Assembly: GCA_963782055.1 (NCBI GenBank)
Contig: CAWAIF010000003.1
Span: forward strand, 3,552,001-3,616,000
DNA length: 64,000 bases
Origin: an uncultured delta proteobacterium
GTDB taxonomy: Bacteria > Myxococcota_A > Polyangia > Polyangiales > Polyangiaceae
Direction: 5' to 3'
The notes under the pieces are model-generated. The model saw only the letters and a program-made list of their open reading frames with translations, was not told the origin of the DNA and searched no databases. Each line of letters opens with the position of its first letter. Position 1 is the stretch's first letter. Shown here piece by piece: positions 47,383 to 59,891 of the stretch. A program made the translations under genes and the position numbers.

Positions 47383-48301
47383 TCAGTGGCGCACCGCGCT
47401 GGACGGCGCGGCCGCGGCGATCTGCACGTCGTCCTGCGACGGCTCGGGCCGGTTCGGCTTGTAGGCGTGCTCGGGGCCGGGGAAGGTGCCCGCGCGCACC
47501 TCGCGCACGTAGTCGCCGACCGCGCCGACGACGGCGTCGCCCAGGGCGGCGAAGCGCTTGGCGAACTTGGGCGAGTGCCCGCGCGACATGCCGAGCAGAT
47601 CGGTGCAGACGAGCACCTGCCCGTCGCACCCCACGCCGGCGCCGATGCCGATCGTCGGGACGCGCACCGCTTGGGTCACGCGCGCGGCGAGGTCCGGGGG
47701 GATGGCCTCCAGCACGATGCAGAAGGCGCCCGCGCTCTCCAGCGCGACGGCGTCCCGCACCACCTGCTCGGCGGCGTCGTCTCCCCTGCCCTGCACCTTG
47801 AAGCCGCCCATGGCGTGGACGCTCTGCGGGAGCAGCCCCACGTGCCCGACGACAGGGATACCCGCCCGCACGATGCGCAGCACGTGCTCGGCGAAGGCCT
47901 CCCCGCCCTCCAGCTTGACGCTCTCGAAGGCGCCGTCCTTCATCATCCGGCCGGCGCTCTCCACCGCCTGGAGCGAGGAGACCTGGTAGCTCATGAAGGG
48001 CATGTCGCCGACGACGTGCGCCCGCCCCACCCCGCGCGCGACGGCGCGGCCGTGGTAGCAGAATCTCGTCGAGCGTCACCGGGATGGTGTTCTGCAGGCC
48101 CTGCACCACCATCCCGAGCGAGTCACCCACCAGGACCATGTCGACGCCCGCCTCGTCCACGAGACGCGCCATGGTGAAATCGTAGGCGGTCACCATCGCG
48201 ATGGCGTCGCCTTCTCCTGCCGTCGACTTCCGGGCCCGAAGCTCCGGTGCCGTGATCTTGCGCGCGCCGCCGGGCGCGCGCGCGCTGTTCGTGTTGTACA
48301 T
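47383..48301 (-). pseudogene. panB: 3-methyl-2-oxobutanoate hydroxymethyltransferase with a 1-nt frameshift near 48062 (real lesion or sequencing error)
   Basis: [19 protein letters not shown] in one frame; [39 protein letters not shown] in another. Confidence 0.85.
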
Positions 48302-48418
48302 GCGATCCTCGGGTCGCCGCTCGAAGGTCGAGTCGACGCCTGTGGGGAACTTAGCCCCAGACGAGGCGTCGGGCAAGATGAGTCAAGGCCGAATCTCGGT
48401 GCTAATGTCCCGTGCCGC

Positions 48419-48856
48419 ATGCGCCGCGCCCACCTGATCCTCGGGCCCCTCGCCCTCGCCGTCGCGCTGGGGGCGTGCGACCGGCCTCCCTCCTCCGACA
48501 AGGCCACGGTGTGGACACCGGCGGACCACGATCAGCTCGACCCCTCGCAGAAGGTGGCGGGCCCTCAGGTCAACGCGAAGCCCGCCGCGGGCCAGGGCGG
48601 CGCCAAGACCCTCATCGAGATCACCTGGATGCAGAACTGCTCCGCGTGCCACGGCGAGACCGGCCACGGCGACGGCCCCAACGGGCCGATGGTCAAGGCG
48701 CCCGACCTCACCCGCGACGACTGGCAGGCCACCGTCAGCGACGCGCAGATCGCCGCGCGCATCAAGAGCGGCAAGGGCCTCATGCCCAAGTTCGACATGC
48801 CCGACTCCACCCTGCAGGGGCTGGTGGCGCGGATCCGGGCGCTGCGGGGGAAGTGA
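48419..48856 (+). CDS. Monoheme cytochrome c lipoprotein
   Basis: LGAC lipobox; CSACHGETGHGDGP; GKGLMPKF. Confidence 0.85.
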   Translation: MRRAHLILGPLALAVALGACDRPPSSDKATVWTPADHDQLDPSQKVAGPQVNAKPAAGQGGAKTLIEITWMQNCSACHGETGHGDGPNGPMVKAPDLTRDDWQATVSDAQIAARIKSGKGLMPKFDMPDSTLQGLVARIRALRGK

Positions 48857-48859
48857 CCA

Positions 48860-49242
48860 GTGCGGAGGCGGGCGTCCCTCCTCGTCTTCGCCATCCTGGG
48901 CGCGGCGCTCTATTTCTTCCTGGCCCCCCGCTGGCCCAAGGACCAGTCGGTGAACGTGGTCCTGGGCGATGGGGCGAGCCGCGTCCGCGAGGTGACGCTA
49001 CGCTACGAGAGCGCCGGCGACGACGCCTGGTCGCGCGAGGCCACCTTCCTGTACGACGAGAACAAGGCCCCGCGCGTCGTGCACCACGCGCCGCGCCTAC
49101 CCGACGGAGACTACGTGGTCGAGATCGAGCTACAGAGCGACGCCGGAGCGACGACCGTCTCGCGCAACGTGGCGCTGCGCGGCGGGTCGACATCCATCGA
49201 CGTCGCCGACGCCCTGACCTCCCTCGCCCACGCCGGAGCCCC

Positions 49243-49246
<4 letters not shown>
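48860..49246 (+). CDS. Hypothetical protein with N-terminal TM anchor
   Basis: Hydrophobic N-terminus; LPDGDY Ig-like strand pattern; operonic position. Confidence 0.55.
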
Positions 49247-50589
<1,343 letters not shown>

Positions 50590-50590
50590 C

Positions 50591-50638
50591 CCTTCTTCTC
50601 CCCCCTCCCTCGTAGGGAGACGGGGCCGGGGGGTGAGG
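50591..50638. repeat. Short palindromic intergenic element (CCTCACCCC...CTCCC-Nx-GGGAG type) between convergent genes
   Basis: Minus strand reads CCTCACCCCCCGGCCCCGTCTCCCTACGAGGGAGGGGGG. Confidence 0.4.
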
Positions 50639-51904
50639 TCAGAAGCCGGCGGAGATGCCGAGCGTCAGCAGGTAGGCGCGGGAGTCGGTCACCGGGTCCC
50701 CGGCCAGGGTGTAGTCCTCGTAGTTGAAGAAGAGGATGTCGGCGTTGCCGATGGCCTTCAGCTCCTTGACGAAGCTCTTCTGCGTGGAGGCGAACGCGTA
50801 GGTGACGCGCAGGCCGACGAGCCCGCTCCAGAAGGGGGACAGCTCGCGGTCGGCGGTGAAGTACTGCCCCTTCGGGCCGAGGGGCGGGTCGCCGCCGGTG
50901 TAGTCGTCGCTCCAGAAGATGGCGCCCGTCTGCTTGTAGATGCGGCCGTCCAGGCCCACGCGCAGGGCATCGCCCAGGTACTGCTCGTACTCCGCCTCCA
51001 GCGACCCGGAGACGATGTTCCAGGTGTCCCAGTAGCCGCGCAGGCCGAGGCGAATGGCGGACTTGAGCGGGCGCAGGTAGACGTTGCCGCGCAGCGCCAG
51101 CGAGTGGCGCGTGCGGTTGCCCGGGTCGTGCTCCTGCGCCTTGAGCCCCTGCCCCAGCACGATGCTGCGGTACGGGTCCGACTGGAAGCCGTTGACGATC
51201 TGCATCGTGTAGACGGCCTGGGTCTGAAAGGTCGGCGTCCACGCCTGCGACCAGCTCCCCTGCAGGCTGTCGATGGCGATGTCGCGGGTGGTGCGCGTGG
51301 CGTCGTCGGTGAAGCAGCCCTTCGACGAGGGCAAGGCCAGTCGCAGGGAGGGCAGCGCGTTGGGGTTCTGCACCAGGTCGCACACCGAGTCGAAGTTGTG
51401 GGCGAAGTCGATCTGGAGCTGGGTGTTGTGCTCGAACAGCTCGGTGCGGGCGGTCACGTTGAAGGAGTGCGAGCGGTAGTCGTTCTCCGTGGAGTAGACG
51501 TACCCGCCGCCGAAGCTGGCGCTGCCCTGCTTGATGGTGAAGGAGCCCTTGCCCACGTTGCGGAAGTCGTGGACGCTCGCGGTGGAGATGACGTCCGCCA
51601 CCGGCTGCGTGGCCTTGTACGCGGGCCCGGCCTTGATGGAGACGCTGGCGCCGGAGACGACGTCCGCCTCCCACCCGGCGGTGACGTTCAGCCAGTCGGT
51701 GGGGCTGACGCCCGCCGTGACCGAGGGCGTGTAGACGAACATCTCGGTGCGCGACGGCTTCTCGTAATAGACCGAGTGCGTCGTATCCAGGGTGAGCACC
51801 TGCGCGCGCGCCGGCCGCCCCAGCGCGAGGAGCGCCGCGGCGAGGGCGAGCGACACGGCCCACGAGGCCGCGCGCGGGGGCCGTCGGCTCAGTTGCACCC
51901 GCAC
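50639..51904 (-). CDS. DUF3570-family outer-membrane protein
   Basis: ADVVSGAS, DVISTAS, STENDYRS, GFQSDPYR, YWDTWNI, TADRELSPF; next to a DUF4266-like gene. Confidence 0.75.
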   Translation of the reverse strand: MRVQLSRRPPRAASWAVSLALAAALLALGRPARAQVLTLDTTHSVYYEKPSRTEMFVYTPSVTAGVSPTDWLNVTAGWEADVVSGASVSIKAGPAYKATQPVADVISTASVHDFRNVGKGSFTIKQGSASFGGGYVYSTENDYRSHSFNVTARTELFEHNTQLQIDFAHNFDSVCDLVQNPNALPSLRLALPSSKGCFTDDATRTTRDIAIDSLQGSWSQAWTPTFQTQAVYTMQIVNGFQSDPYRSIVLGQGLKAQEHDPGNRTRHSLALRGNVYLRPLKSAIRLGLRGYWDTWNIVSGSLEAEYEQYLGDALRVGLDGRIYKQTGAIFWSDDYTGGDPPLGPKGQYFTADRELSPFWSGLVGLRVTYAFASTQKSFVKELKAIGNADILFFNYEDYTLAGDPVTDSRAYLLTLGISAGF

Positions 51905-52101
51905 CCTCCGCCCGCCACCCCCGATCCGCCGAAGGACCCCTCGCGGTTGTCGATGGCGTGGTGCACCTGCGCCGCGACGACGGGATCACCCTCGAACTGC
52001 ATGATCGGGTCGGCGAGCACCGCGCGCTGCTGCGGCTGAACGGTCACGCACCCCCAGAGAGGAAGGGTCAAGAGAACGAGCAGCAGGGTTCGCATCGCCA
52101 T
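51889..52101 (-). CDS. DUF4266-family small lipoprotein
   Basis: GCVTVQPQQRAVLADPIM...REGSFGGSGVAGGGCGCN. Confidence 0.85.
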   Translation of the reverse strand: MAMRTLLLVLLTLPLWGCVTVQPQQRAVLADPIMQFEGDPVVAAQVHHAIDNREGSFGGSGVAGGGCGCN

Positions 52102-52106
52102 GTCCC

Positions 52107-52901
52107 TCAGAAGTACACGCCCAGGCCGCCGGTGACCGTCTGCGCGTTGGCATACGACTCCGCGGTGAACAGCGTCATGTTGCTGGCCTCGATGCGCACC
52201 AGGATGCGGTTGCGCAGCGCGAACAGGAACCCGCCGCCGGCACGGGTCACGAAGAGGTCCTCGCGCTGGAGGACGAAGGAGTCCGCCTTGGGGAAGACGC
52301 TCAGGCCGCCGCCGCCCAGGCTGAGGAACGGCGAGAGCACCCAGCGAGGGAACGGAAAGATGGTGACGTTGCCGCCGTAGAAGACCTGCGCGCCGTCGGC
52401 GGTGAGGCCGTCGCCGAAGAAGCCCTCGATGCTGAAGGTCTTGTCCAGCACCATCTGCGGGCGCACCTCCACGTAGCCGTACTGGCGGGTGGAGTTGTCG
52501 CGGATGGGGATGCTCAGCATGCCGCCCATCAGCGCGAAGCCGGCGCGCGAGCCCTCGAGCGGGGGCGGCGCGAAGAGGCCCGGGCGGCTGGGGGCTCCCG
52601 GCTCACCCGGCGTCACCGCGAAGGGCTCCACCTGCTCGCCCATCGCGTAGGCGCGGCGGCCGTCGGGCAGCAGCACGCGCAGCCAGAAGCCGCTGCCCTG
52701 CCGGCCGTCCAGCGCGAAGGTCTCCCCGCGGTGCGCCGAGTAGATGACGCGGAAGGCCACCCCTGGCCCGCTGCGCAGGTCCGCCGTGTCCACGACGACG
52801 CGGGCGAACGCCTCCGGCTCGTCGTCCGCCGCCCGAGCCGCCGGGGCGACCATCACGAGGAACAGCGCTGCGAGGAGGAAGCCGAGGAGCAGCCGCCTCA
52901 T
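52107..52901 (-). CDS. SH3-domain protein with C-terminal beta-barrel
   Basis: Signal peptide; LRSGPGVAFRVI SH3b motif; terminal GGLGVYF. Confidence 0.7.
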   Translation of the reverse strand: MRRLLLGFLLAALFLVMVAPAARAADDEPEAFARVVVDTADLRSGPGVAFRVIYSAHRGETFALDGRQGSGFWLRVLLPDGRRAYAMGEQVEPFAVTPGEPGAPSRPGLFAPPPLEGSRAGFALMGGMLSIPIRDNSTRQYGYVEVRPQMVLDKTFSIEGFFGDGLTADGAQVFYGGNVTIFPFPRWVLSPFLSLGGGGLSVFPKADSFVLQREDLFVTRAGGGFLFALRNRILVRIEASNMTLFTAESYANAQTVTGGLGVYF

Positions 52902-53548
52902 GGTTTGGACGCCCAGGTCTGGATCACGTCGAGGATGGCCTGGTCGTTGGGATCGTAGATCTGACGCGGGTGCGCCTGCGTGCTGGTGGGGCGCACGTAG
53001 ATGGGCGCCGTCGCGTAATCGCGGCTCATCTCCAGCGAGACGGAGGTGTAGTCGGCGCGCGCCGCGCTGCCCTGCGAGACCTGCGTCGGGTCGACGGGAA
53101 CGTCGCCGCCGCCGCAGTCGACCGGCGGGTGATCGAGCAGCGCCATTCCGCTGACGGCCGAGGAGTTGAAGTGGCAGTTGCCGTTGTCGCCCGGGTCCCC
53201 CGAGCCGCAGCCTTTACCGAAGATGAGCACCGGCTCCACGTGGCAGTAGTAGTAGTCCTCGTTGAACTGCGTGTTGGGGATGACGAAGTTGGGGCCGGGG
53301 TCGACGGTGGTGCAGGACGACGCCACCGTCGCGGTCAGGGCGACAGCGCCTGCGGCGAGCATCCAGCGGGCCGAGCTGGCGCGCGCCACGAGCCGTCGCC
53401 AGGGCGTGGCGCCCGGGCTGGAATGTGCTCGTGAGCCGGTGGGCACGGAGCGACGATAGACCGTCCGACCGTGTGCCGGCAACACCAGGGTGTGTCCGGG
53501 CGGACGCAGCGGCGCCTGATTCATCGCCGCGATTTCGACCACTTGCAC
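52898..53548 (-). CDS. Hypothetical Cys-containing lipoprotein (true start probably downstream of 53548)
   Basis: ASSC lipobox-like; YYCHVEPVL...GC...NCH; ATGA-coupled to the SH3 gene. Confidence 0.55.
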   Translation of the reverse strand: MQVVEIAAMNQAPLRPPGHTLVLPAHGRTVYRRSVPTGSRAHSSPGATPWRRLVARASSARWMLAAGAVALTATVASSCTTVDPGPNFVIPNTQFNEDYYYCHVEPVLIFGKGCGSGDPGDNGNCHFNSSAVSGMALLDHPPVDCGGGDVPVDPTQVSQGSAARADYTSVSLEMSRDYATAPIYVRPTSTQAHPRQIYDPNDQAILDVIQTWASKP

Positions 53549-53811
53549 ATTTTCCGTCCCTGGCGCGGCGCATGCGTGACGTTGTCCTACCTTTCGGAGG
53601 CCCGCGCCCGCTGGCTGGACGGTTTCACTTGCATAAGTCGCAGCCAGGTCGCTAGAAAGTTTCCTGTCCGCAAGGGGTGTCGTATCTTATCTTACATGTG
53701 GGATTCCCTCGCTCCCTCCGTCAGTAGGACCTCAGAGGCAGCGATTCGAGCGAAGGACCCCACCGCCCATGTGGCGCGCATTCCCGCGCGGCCCGGGGCA
53801 CCGGAGAGACG

Positions 53812-54009
53812 ATGAAGCTCACCCCCTGGTATCTCGCTGCCATCGCCCCGATCGCCGTCGCCGGCTGCTCGGGTGCCTTCCTCGGCCAGTTCGCCGTGCT
53901 GGCGCTGACCCTCGGCATCTTCTTCGGCACCCTGTCGCTCGGCCGCCACGCGACGCCGGCCCCCGTGGCCGACGCCGGCCCCGCTGGCCAGGTCCACAAG
54001 CGCGCCTGA
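53812..54009 (+). CDS. Small membrane protein (65 aa)
   Basis: GGAGAG RBS; two hydrophobic segments. Confidence 0.55.
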   Translation: MKLTPWYLAAIAPIAVAGCSGAFLGQFAVLALTLGIFFGTLSLGRHATPAPVADAGPAGQVHKRA

Positions 54010-54108
54010 GCGCGTCGGGCCGACCTCCGGCCGCGCGTCGGTGACGATCGCAAGTCGGAGACGGTTGCGCTCGGCCCGGACCTGCGCTACTCGCCGGAGC
54101 GCGATTTC

Positions 54109-54180
54109 GGGCGCATAACTCAGCGGTAGAGTGCCACCTTCACACGGTGGAAGTCGCAGGTTCAAATCCTGCTGCGCCCA
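54109..54180 (+). tRNA. tRNA-Val (anticodon CAC); CCA not encoded
   Basis: GGGCGCA/TGCGCCC acceptor stem; CCACC-TTCACAC-GGTGG anticodon arm; GCAGG-TTCAAAT-CCTGC T arm. Confidence 0.96.
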
Positions 54181-54199
54181 CGAAGAACCCCCGGCAGCC

Positions 54200-55009
54200 T
54201 CACGGCGCCCCCCGCGGCCTCCAGAGCCGCGCCAGCTCGATCCCGACGATCATCTTGAAGACGAGCGGGTCGCTCGCATCGGTGAAGCCGTGGCCGACCC
54301 CGACGTTGAGATCCAGTCCCTTCGTCAGGACGAAATCACCTGCAAAGTACAAGTAATGCTCCTGCTCGGCGAGGGGCAGCGGGTTCGCGATGGGGCCGAC
54401 GCCGCCGTAGTACTCCAGGCCGACGGCGGCGCGGGGCGAGAGCACCAGATCGAGCAGCGCGGCGGGCTCGAAGCCCGGGCCCTCGCTGCGGGTGAGGGGG
54501 ACGCCCACGATGGGGTTGATGGAGGCGCGGAGCATCCCGTACTCCACCGACGCGATCGGACGCACCTCGATCGCCCACTGCTCGGCGTCGAAGAGCGTGG
54601 GGACGTCCCCGAGCTCCAGGTTGAGGCCGAAGTGGAAGTACCGGAAGGTGTCCGGCGGCACGACGAACTTGCTGCGCAGCTTGAAGCCCGCCCACTCGAT
54701 GCCGCGCTCGGGGACGTACGCCGTCTGGATGTAGACGCCCGGCTCCCAGAAGGACGTCAGCCCCAGCGCGCCCTCGAAGGTCCAGTGGAGCTGGCGGTCG
54801 GTGGGGGCCTCCGGGCCGGCGGCGTCGCGCTGCCCGCGCGCCACCAGGTTGACGTGGTTCTCCAGCGTCAGCAGGCCCGGGGCGTTGGCGGTGCCGTCGT
54901 AGACCTGGATCTCGAAGGGGTCGGTGGCGCGCGCCGCGGGAGCGGCGAGCAGCGCGCAGGCGAGGCTGGTCGCCGCGACGAAGCGCGCGGGCGCTCGGAC
55001 CGGTAGCAC
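54200..55009 (-). CDS. Hypothetical outer-membrane beta-barrel-like protein
   Basis: Signal peptide; FEIQVYD, LENHVN, GLEYYG, LNVGVG alternating strands. Confidence 0.6.
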   Translation of the reverse strand: MLPVRAPARFVAATSLACALLAAPAARATDPFEIQVYDGTANAPGLLTLENHVNLVARGQRDAAGPEAPTDRQLHWTFEGALGLTSFWEPGVYIQTAYVPERGIEWAGFKLRSKFVVPPDTFRYFHFGLNLELGDVPTLFDAEQWAIEVRPIASVEYGMLRASINPIVGVPLTRSEGPGFEPAALLDLVLSPRAAVGLEYYGGVGPIANPLPLAEQEHYLYFAGDFVLTKGLDLNVGVGHGFTDASDPLVFKMIVGIELARLWRPRGAP

Positions 55010-55126
55010 GCCTAACGATCTCCCACGCCGTCACTGTACGCGTCTCGACGGGCGTCGGGGAGCCGGCGGGGCGGCACGTCGCACCCGGCCTCGCCAACGG
55101 GCTGCCGGGCGTGGTAGTGCGGTCGC

Positions 55127-55552
55127 GTGCGATCGCCGCCTCGCGTCCGCGCCGCGACCCTTCACGTGGCCCTGCCCCTCGCGGTCGGCGCGCTCACGTA
55201 CGCCCTCTGGCCGCGGGGCGTCGCCGCCGAGCTGCTCGCGCGGCGTCTGGGCGCGCCCGCGTACGCCGGCCTCCCCCGCCCCCCCGCGTGGCTGCTCGGT
55301 CACGCCGCCGACGCCCTCTGGGCCTACGCCATGGCGGCGCTGGTCACCATCGTCTGGCGGGGTGGCCCCGCGCGCCCGCGCGCGGCCTGGACGCTCACCG
55401 CCTTCAGCGTCGTCGTCGCGGCCGAGGTCGGCCAGCGGCTCGGCTGGCTCCCCGGCACCTTCAATCCCACGGACCTCCTCGTCACGAGCCTCGCGTTCGG
55501 GGTGGCGGTCCTCTTGCTGCGAACCCCCATCCCCGAGAGACGCCCTGCATGA
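55127..55552 (+). CDS. Hypothetical membrane protein (DUF2809-like)
   Basis: DALWA, AEVGQ, GTFNPTDL motifs; TM helices. Confidence 0.5.
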   Translation: MRSPPRVRAATLHVALPLAVGALTYALWPRGVAAELLARRLGAPAYAGLPRPPAWLLGHAADALWAYAMAALVTIVWRGGPARPRAAWTLTAFSVVVAAEVGQRLGWLPGTFNPTDLLVTSLAFGVAVLLLRTPIPERRPA

Positions 55553-56367
55553 GCACGACCAAGCAATCCGACGCCCCGAAGCACCTGGCCACCTTCCTCG
55601 GGATCGTCCTTCTGGGCGCGCTCGCGATGGGCAGCCACCGCAAGTCGAAGGTGACGGTGACGCACCCGGAGGCCGGCGCGGCGGTGGCGACGGTCGACGC
55701 GGCGGCCACCGAGAAGGCGGACGTGCCCGACCCGGCTTCGGACTACACCTCGCTCGACGACGCCAAGCTGGACGGCGCCAAGGCGTACGGCAAGACCGCC
55801 CTCATCCGCGTGTGGCGCGGCAACACCGAGCCGAAGAAGGTCACCCTCTACCAGTGCGGCGCCAAGGGCATGAGCTGGCTCAACGCCACCTACACCGAGG
55901 AGCAGAAGGCGCTCGTCAAGGCGCTGCCCACCACCATCTCGCTGCACGGCCGCTGCCCGCGCGTGCTGGTGAAGATCACCGGCAAGGAGCGCTACGGCGG
56001 CATGCTCAAGGCGGAGCTGCAGCAGATCCTGGACGTGGAGGCGGCGGAGGAGAAGCCGCTGCCCGCGGGCGTCGACTTCGTCTCGATGGACGACGTCAAC
56101 ATGACGGGCAAGAGCGCGGCCGGGAAGGTGGCGCGCATCCGCGTCTACCGCGGCAACGAGGACACCAAGAAGTTCGTGGCGTACGAGTGCGGTCGCGTCG
56201 GCGGCATCCAGTTCGTCAACGTGCACTACACGCCGGACCAGAAGGAGGCCATCAAGACGCTGCCGACGATGCCCTCCGGCTGCCTGCCCATCAAGATCAA
56301 GCTGAAGAGCCAGGACTTCACGCACACCTGGACCGCCGACCTCGTCGAGGTCGACAAGGACGAGTGA
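55549..56367 (+). CDS. Exported protein with two tandem ~105-aa Cys-containing repeats
   Basis: DYTSLDD..G...GK.A.IRVWRGN...Y.CG and DFVSMDD..G...GK.A.IRVYRGN...Y.CG. Confidence 0.65.
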   Translation: MSTTKQSDAPKHLATFLGIVLLGALAMGSHRKSKVTVTHPEAGAAVATVDAAATEKADVPDPASDYTSLDDAKLDGAKAYGKTALIRVWRGNTEPKKVTLYQCGAKGMSWLNATYTEEQKALVKALPTTISLHGRCPRVLVKITGKERYGGMLKAELQQILDVEAAEEKPLPAGVDFVSMDDVNMTGKSAAGKVARIRVYRGNEDTKKFVAYECGRVGGIQFVNVHYTPDQKEAIKTLPTMPSGCLPIKIKLKSQDFTHTWTADLVEVDKDE

Positions 56368-56389
56368 CCGATTGCGCTAGGCTCTTGCC

Positions 56390-56848
56390 GTGGCGCGCAA
56401 GCTCTCCCTGCCCACCCTGGAGGACCGCCTCCGCGGCAACCCGACGCTTCAGCAGGCGCGCCGGCGCCTCGGCGGGCGCGGCAGCACCTCCGCGCGCGCC
56501 GGGGGCGTCGTCGTCACCGGCGGGGCGCGGGGGGTGGTGCTCTACGCCGATGACACGGAGTGCGACGTGCTGCTGGAGTCCGGGCTGGTCAAGCGCACCG
56601 CCCTCGACCGCGTGACGACGACGTCGGGGGCGCCCGCAGCGCTGGAGGAGGCCGCGGTGGCCGTCCGTGTCTTCGCCCGCCTCGCCGAGGGAGAGCGCGT
56701 GCGCTTCGAGCAGCTCGAGGCGGCCGCCGCGGAGGGCCGCCTCATCGAGAAGTGCCGCTACGGCGCGCTGATCGCCCGCGACGACGGGAGCATCGTGGCG
56801 GTGGGCTTCCGGCGCATCTGGCCGCTCTCCCCCGCCGCCACGTCGTAG
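56390..56848 (+). CDS. Hypothetical protein
   Basis: Plausible codon usage; EGRLIEKCRYGALI motif; directly upstream of ygiQ. Confidence 0.5.
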   Translation: MARKLSLPTLEDRLRGNPTLQQARRRLGGRGSTSARAGGVVVTGGARGVVLYADDTECDVLLESGLVKRTALDRVTTTSGAPAALEEAAVAVRVFARLAEGERVRFEQLEAAAAEGRLIEKCRYGALIARDDGSIVAVGFRRIWPLSPAATS

Positions 56849-56891
56849 CGCGTTTGCGCCGCGCGCGCGGGGCGTGCAGACTGGCCCCCGC

Positions 56892-58826
<1,935 letters not shown>

Positions 58827-58873
58827 CCAGGCGAGAGGGAGCCTTCGCGCCCGGATGGCGTACGATACTCCCG

Positions 58874-59242
58874 ATGCAAGGACCTCCGCAGAACCCCTGG
58901 GGCCAGCCTCCGCAAGGCGCTCCCCCTCCCGGTTACGGCTACGGTGCGCCCGGAGGCTACGGGCAGCCCGGCATGCCGCCGCAGGGCATGCAACGGGCGT
59001 GGCCGGGCTACGGCTGCCCCCGCTGCGGCAGCCCGCACGTTCGCCAGCCGGGCTTCACCTGGTGGGGCGGCCTGATCGGCCCGAAGATCCTCTCTCACAC
59101 GATCTGCGCGAGCTGCGGCCTGGGCTTCAACGGCAAGACCGGCAAGTCGAACAACACCGCCATCGCGATCTACATGGGCGTCGCCGTTGCCCTGGTCTTG
59201 ATGGTCTTCGGCTTCGTGGCCTTCGCCGGCGCGATGAACTGA
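58874..59242 (+). CDS. Pro/Gly-rich zinc-ribbon membrane protein
   Basis: CPRCG...FTWWGG...CASCG...FNGKTG plus C-terminal TM helix. Confidence 0.6.
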   Translation: MQGPPQNPWGQPPQGAPPPGYGYGAPGGYGQPGMPPQGMQRAWPGYGCPRCGSPHVRQPGFTWWGGLIGPKILSHTICASCGLGFNGKTGKSNNTAIAIYMGVAVALVLMVFGFVAFAGAMN

Positions 59243-59246
59243 CGAG

Positions 59247-59891
59247 CTACGGGCTGGGGGCTTCAGGCTCTTCGACGACGAGCGCGAGCAGCCTCCCCCA
59301 CAGCGCCTCTCTTCCCTCCCCGCTCTCCGCGCTGAACCCGGTGACCTTGCAGCCCGCGTCCTTCTGGATCTGGAGCACGGCCGCCTTGCGCCGCGACGAC
59401 GGCAGCTTGTCCAGCTTCGTCGCCACCACGATGCACGGCTTGTGCACCACCTGCTCCATGAACTCGAAGAGCTGCCGCTCCTCGTCCTCCACCCCGCGGC
59501 GCACGTCCACGATGACCACCAGCGCCCGCAGCGCCTCGCGTCGCTCCAGGTACTGCTCCACCATCGGCCCCCAGGACTTGCGCTCCTCGCGGCTGCGGGC
59601 GGCGAAGCCGTAGCCCGGCAGGTCGGTCACCATCAGGTCGACGTCGCGGCCCTCGCTGTGCACGCGCGCCTGAAAGAGGTTGACGGCGCGCGTCGCGCCC
59701 GGCGTGCTGCTGGTACGCACCAGCTTCTTGCGGGAAAAGAGGGTGTTGAGCAGGCTGGACTTGCCCACGTTGGAGCGCCCGCCGAAGGCGATCTCCGGGG
59801 CCTCGCCCTCCGGGAGCGACGCCAGGCCGGTGGCCGAGGCGACGAAGGACGCGCTGTCCACGCGGAACTGGGTGGCTCTTGCGTCCTTCAC
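59247..59891 (-). CDS. engB: Ribosome biogenesis GTPase YihA/YsxC
   Basis: GRSNVGKSSLLN, TSSTPGAT, DLPGYG, TKLDK, FSA. Confidence 0.92.
   Translation of the reverse strand: MKDARATQFRVDSASFVASATGLASLPEGEAPEIAFGGRSNVGKSSLLNTLFSRKKLVRTSSTPGATRAVNLFQARVHSEGRDVDLMVTDLPGYGFAARSREERKSWGPMVEQYLERREALRALVVIVDVRRGVEDEERQLFEFMEQVVHKPCIVVATKLDKLPSSRRKAAVLQIQKDAGCKVTGFSAESGEGREALWGRLLALVVEEPEAPSP

Noticed and set aside
53683..53704. GTATCTTAT and ACATGTGGGA shared with the region upstream of the B12 radical SAM gene
   Set aside because: Order and spacing differ between the two sites; insufficient evidence for co-regulation
54109..54200. tRNA-Val as a second integration site
   Set aside because: No duplicate of its 3' end noticed and no integrase nearby
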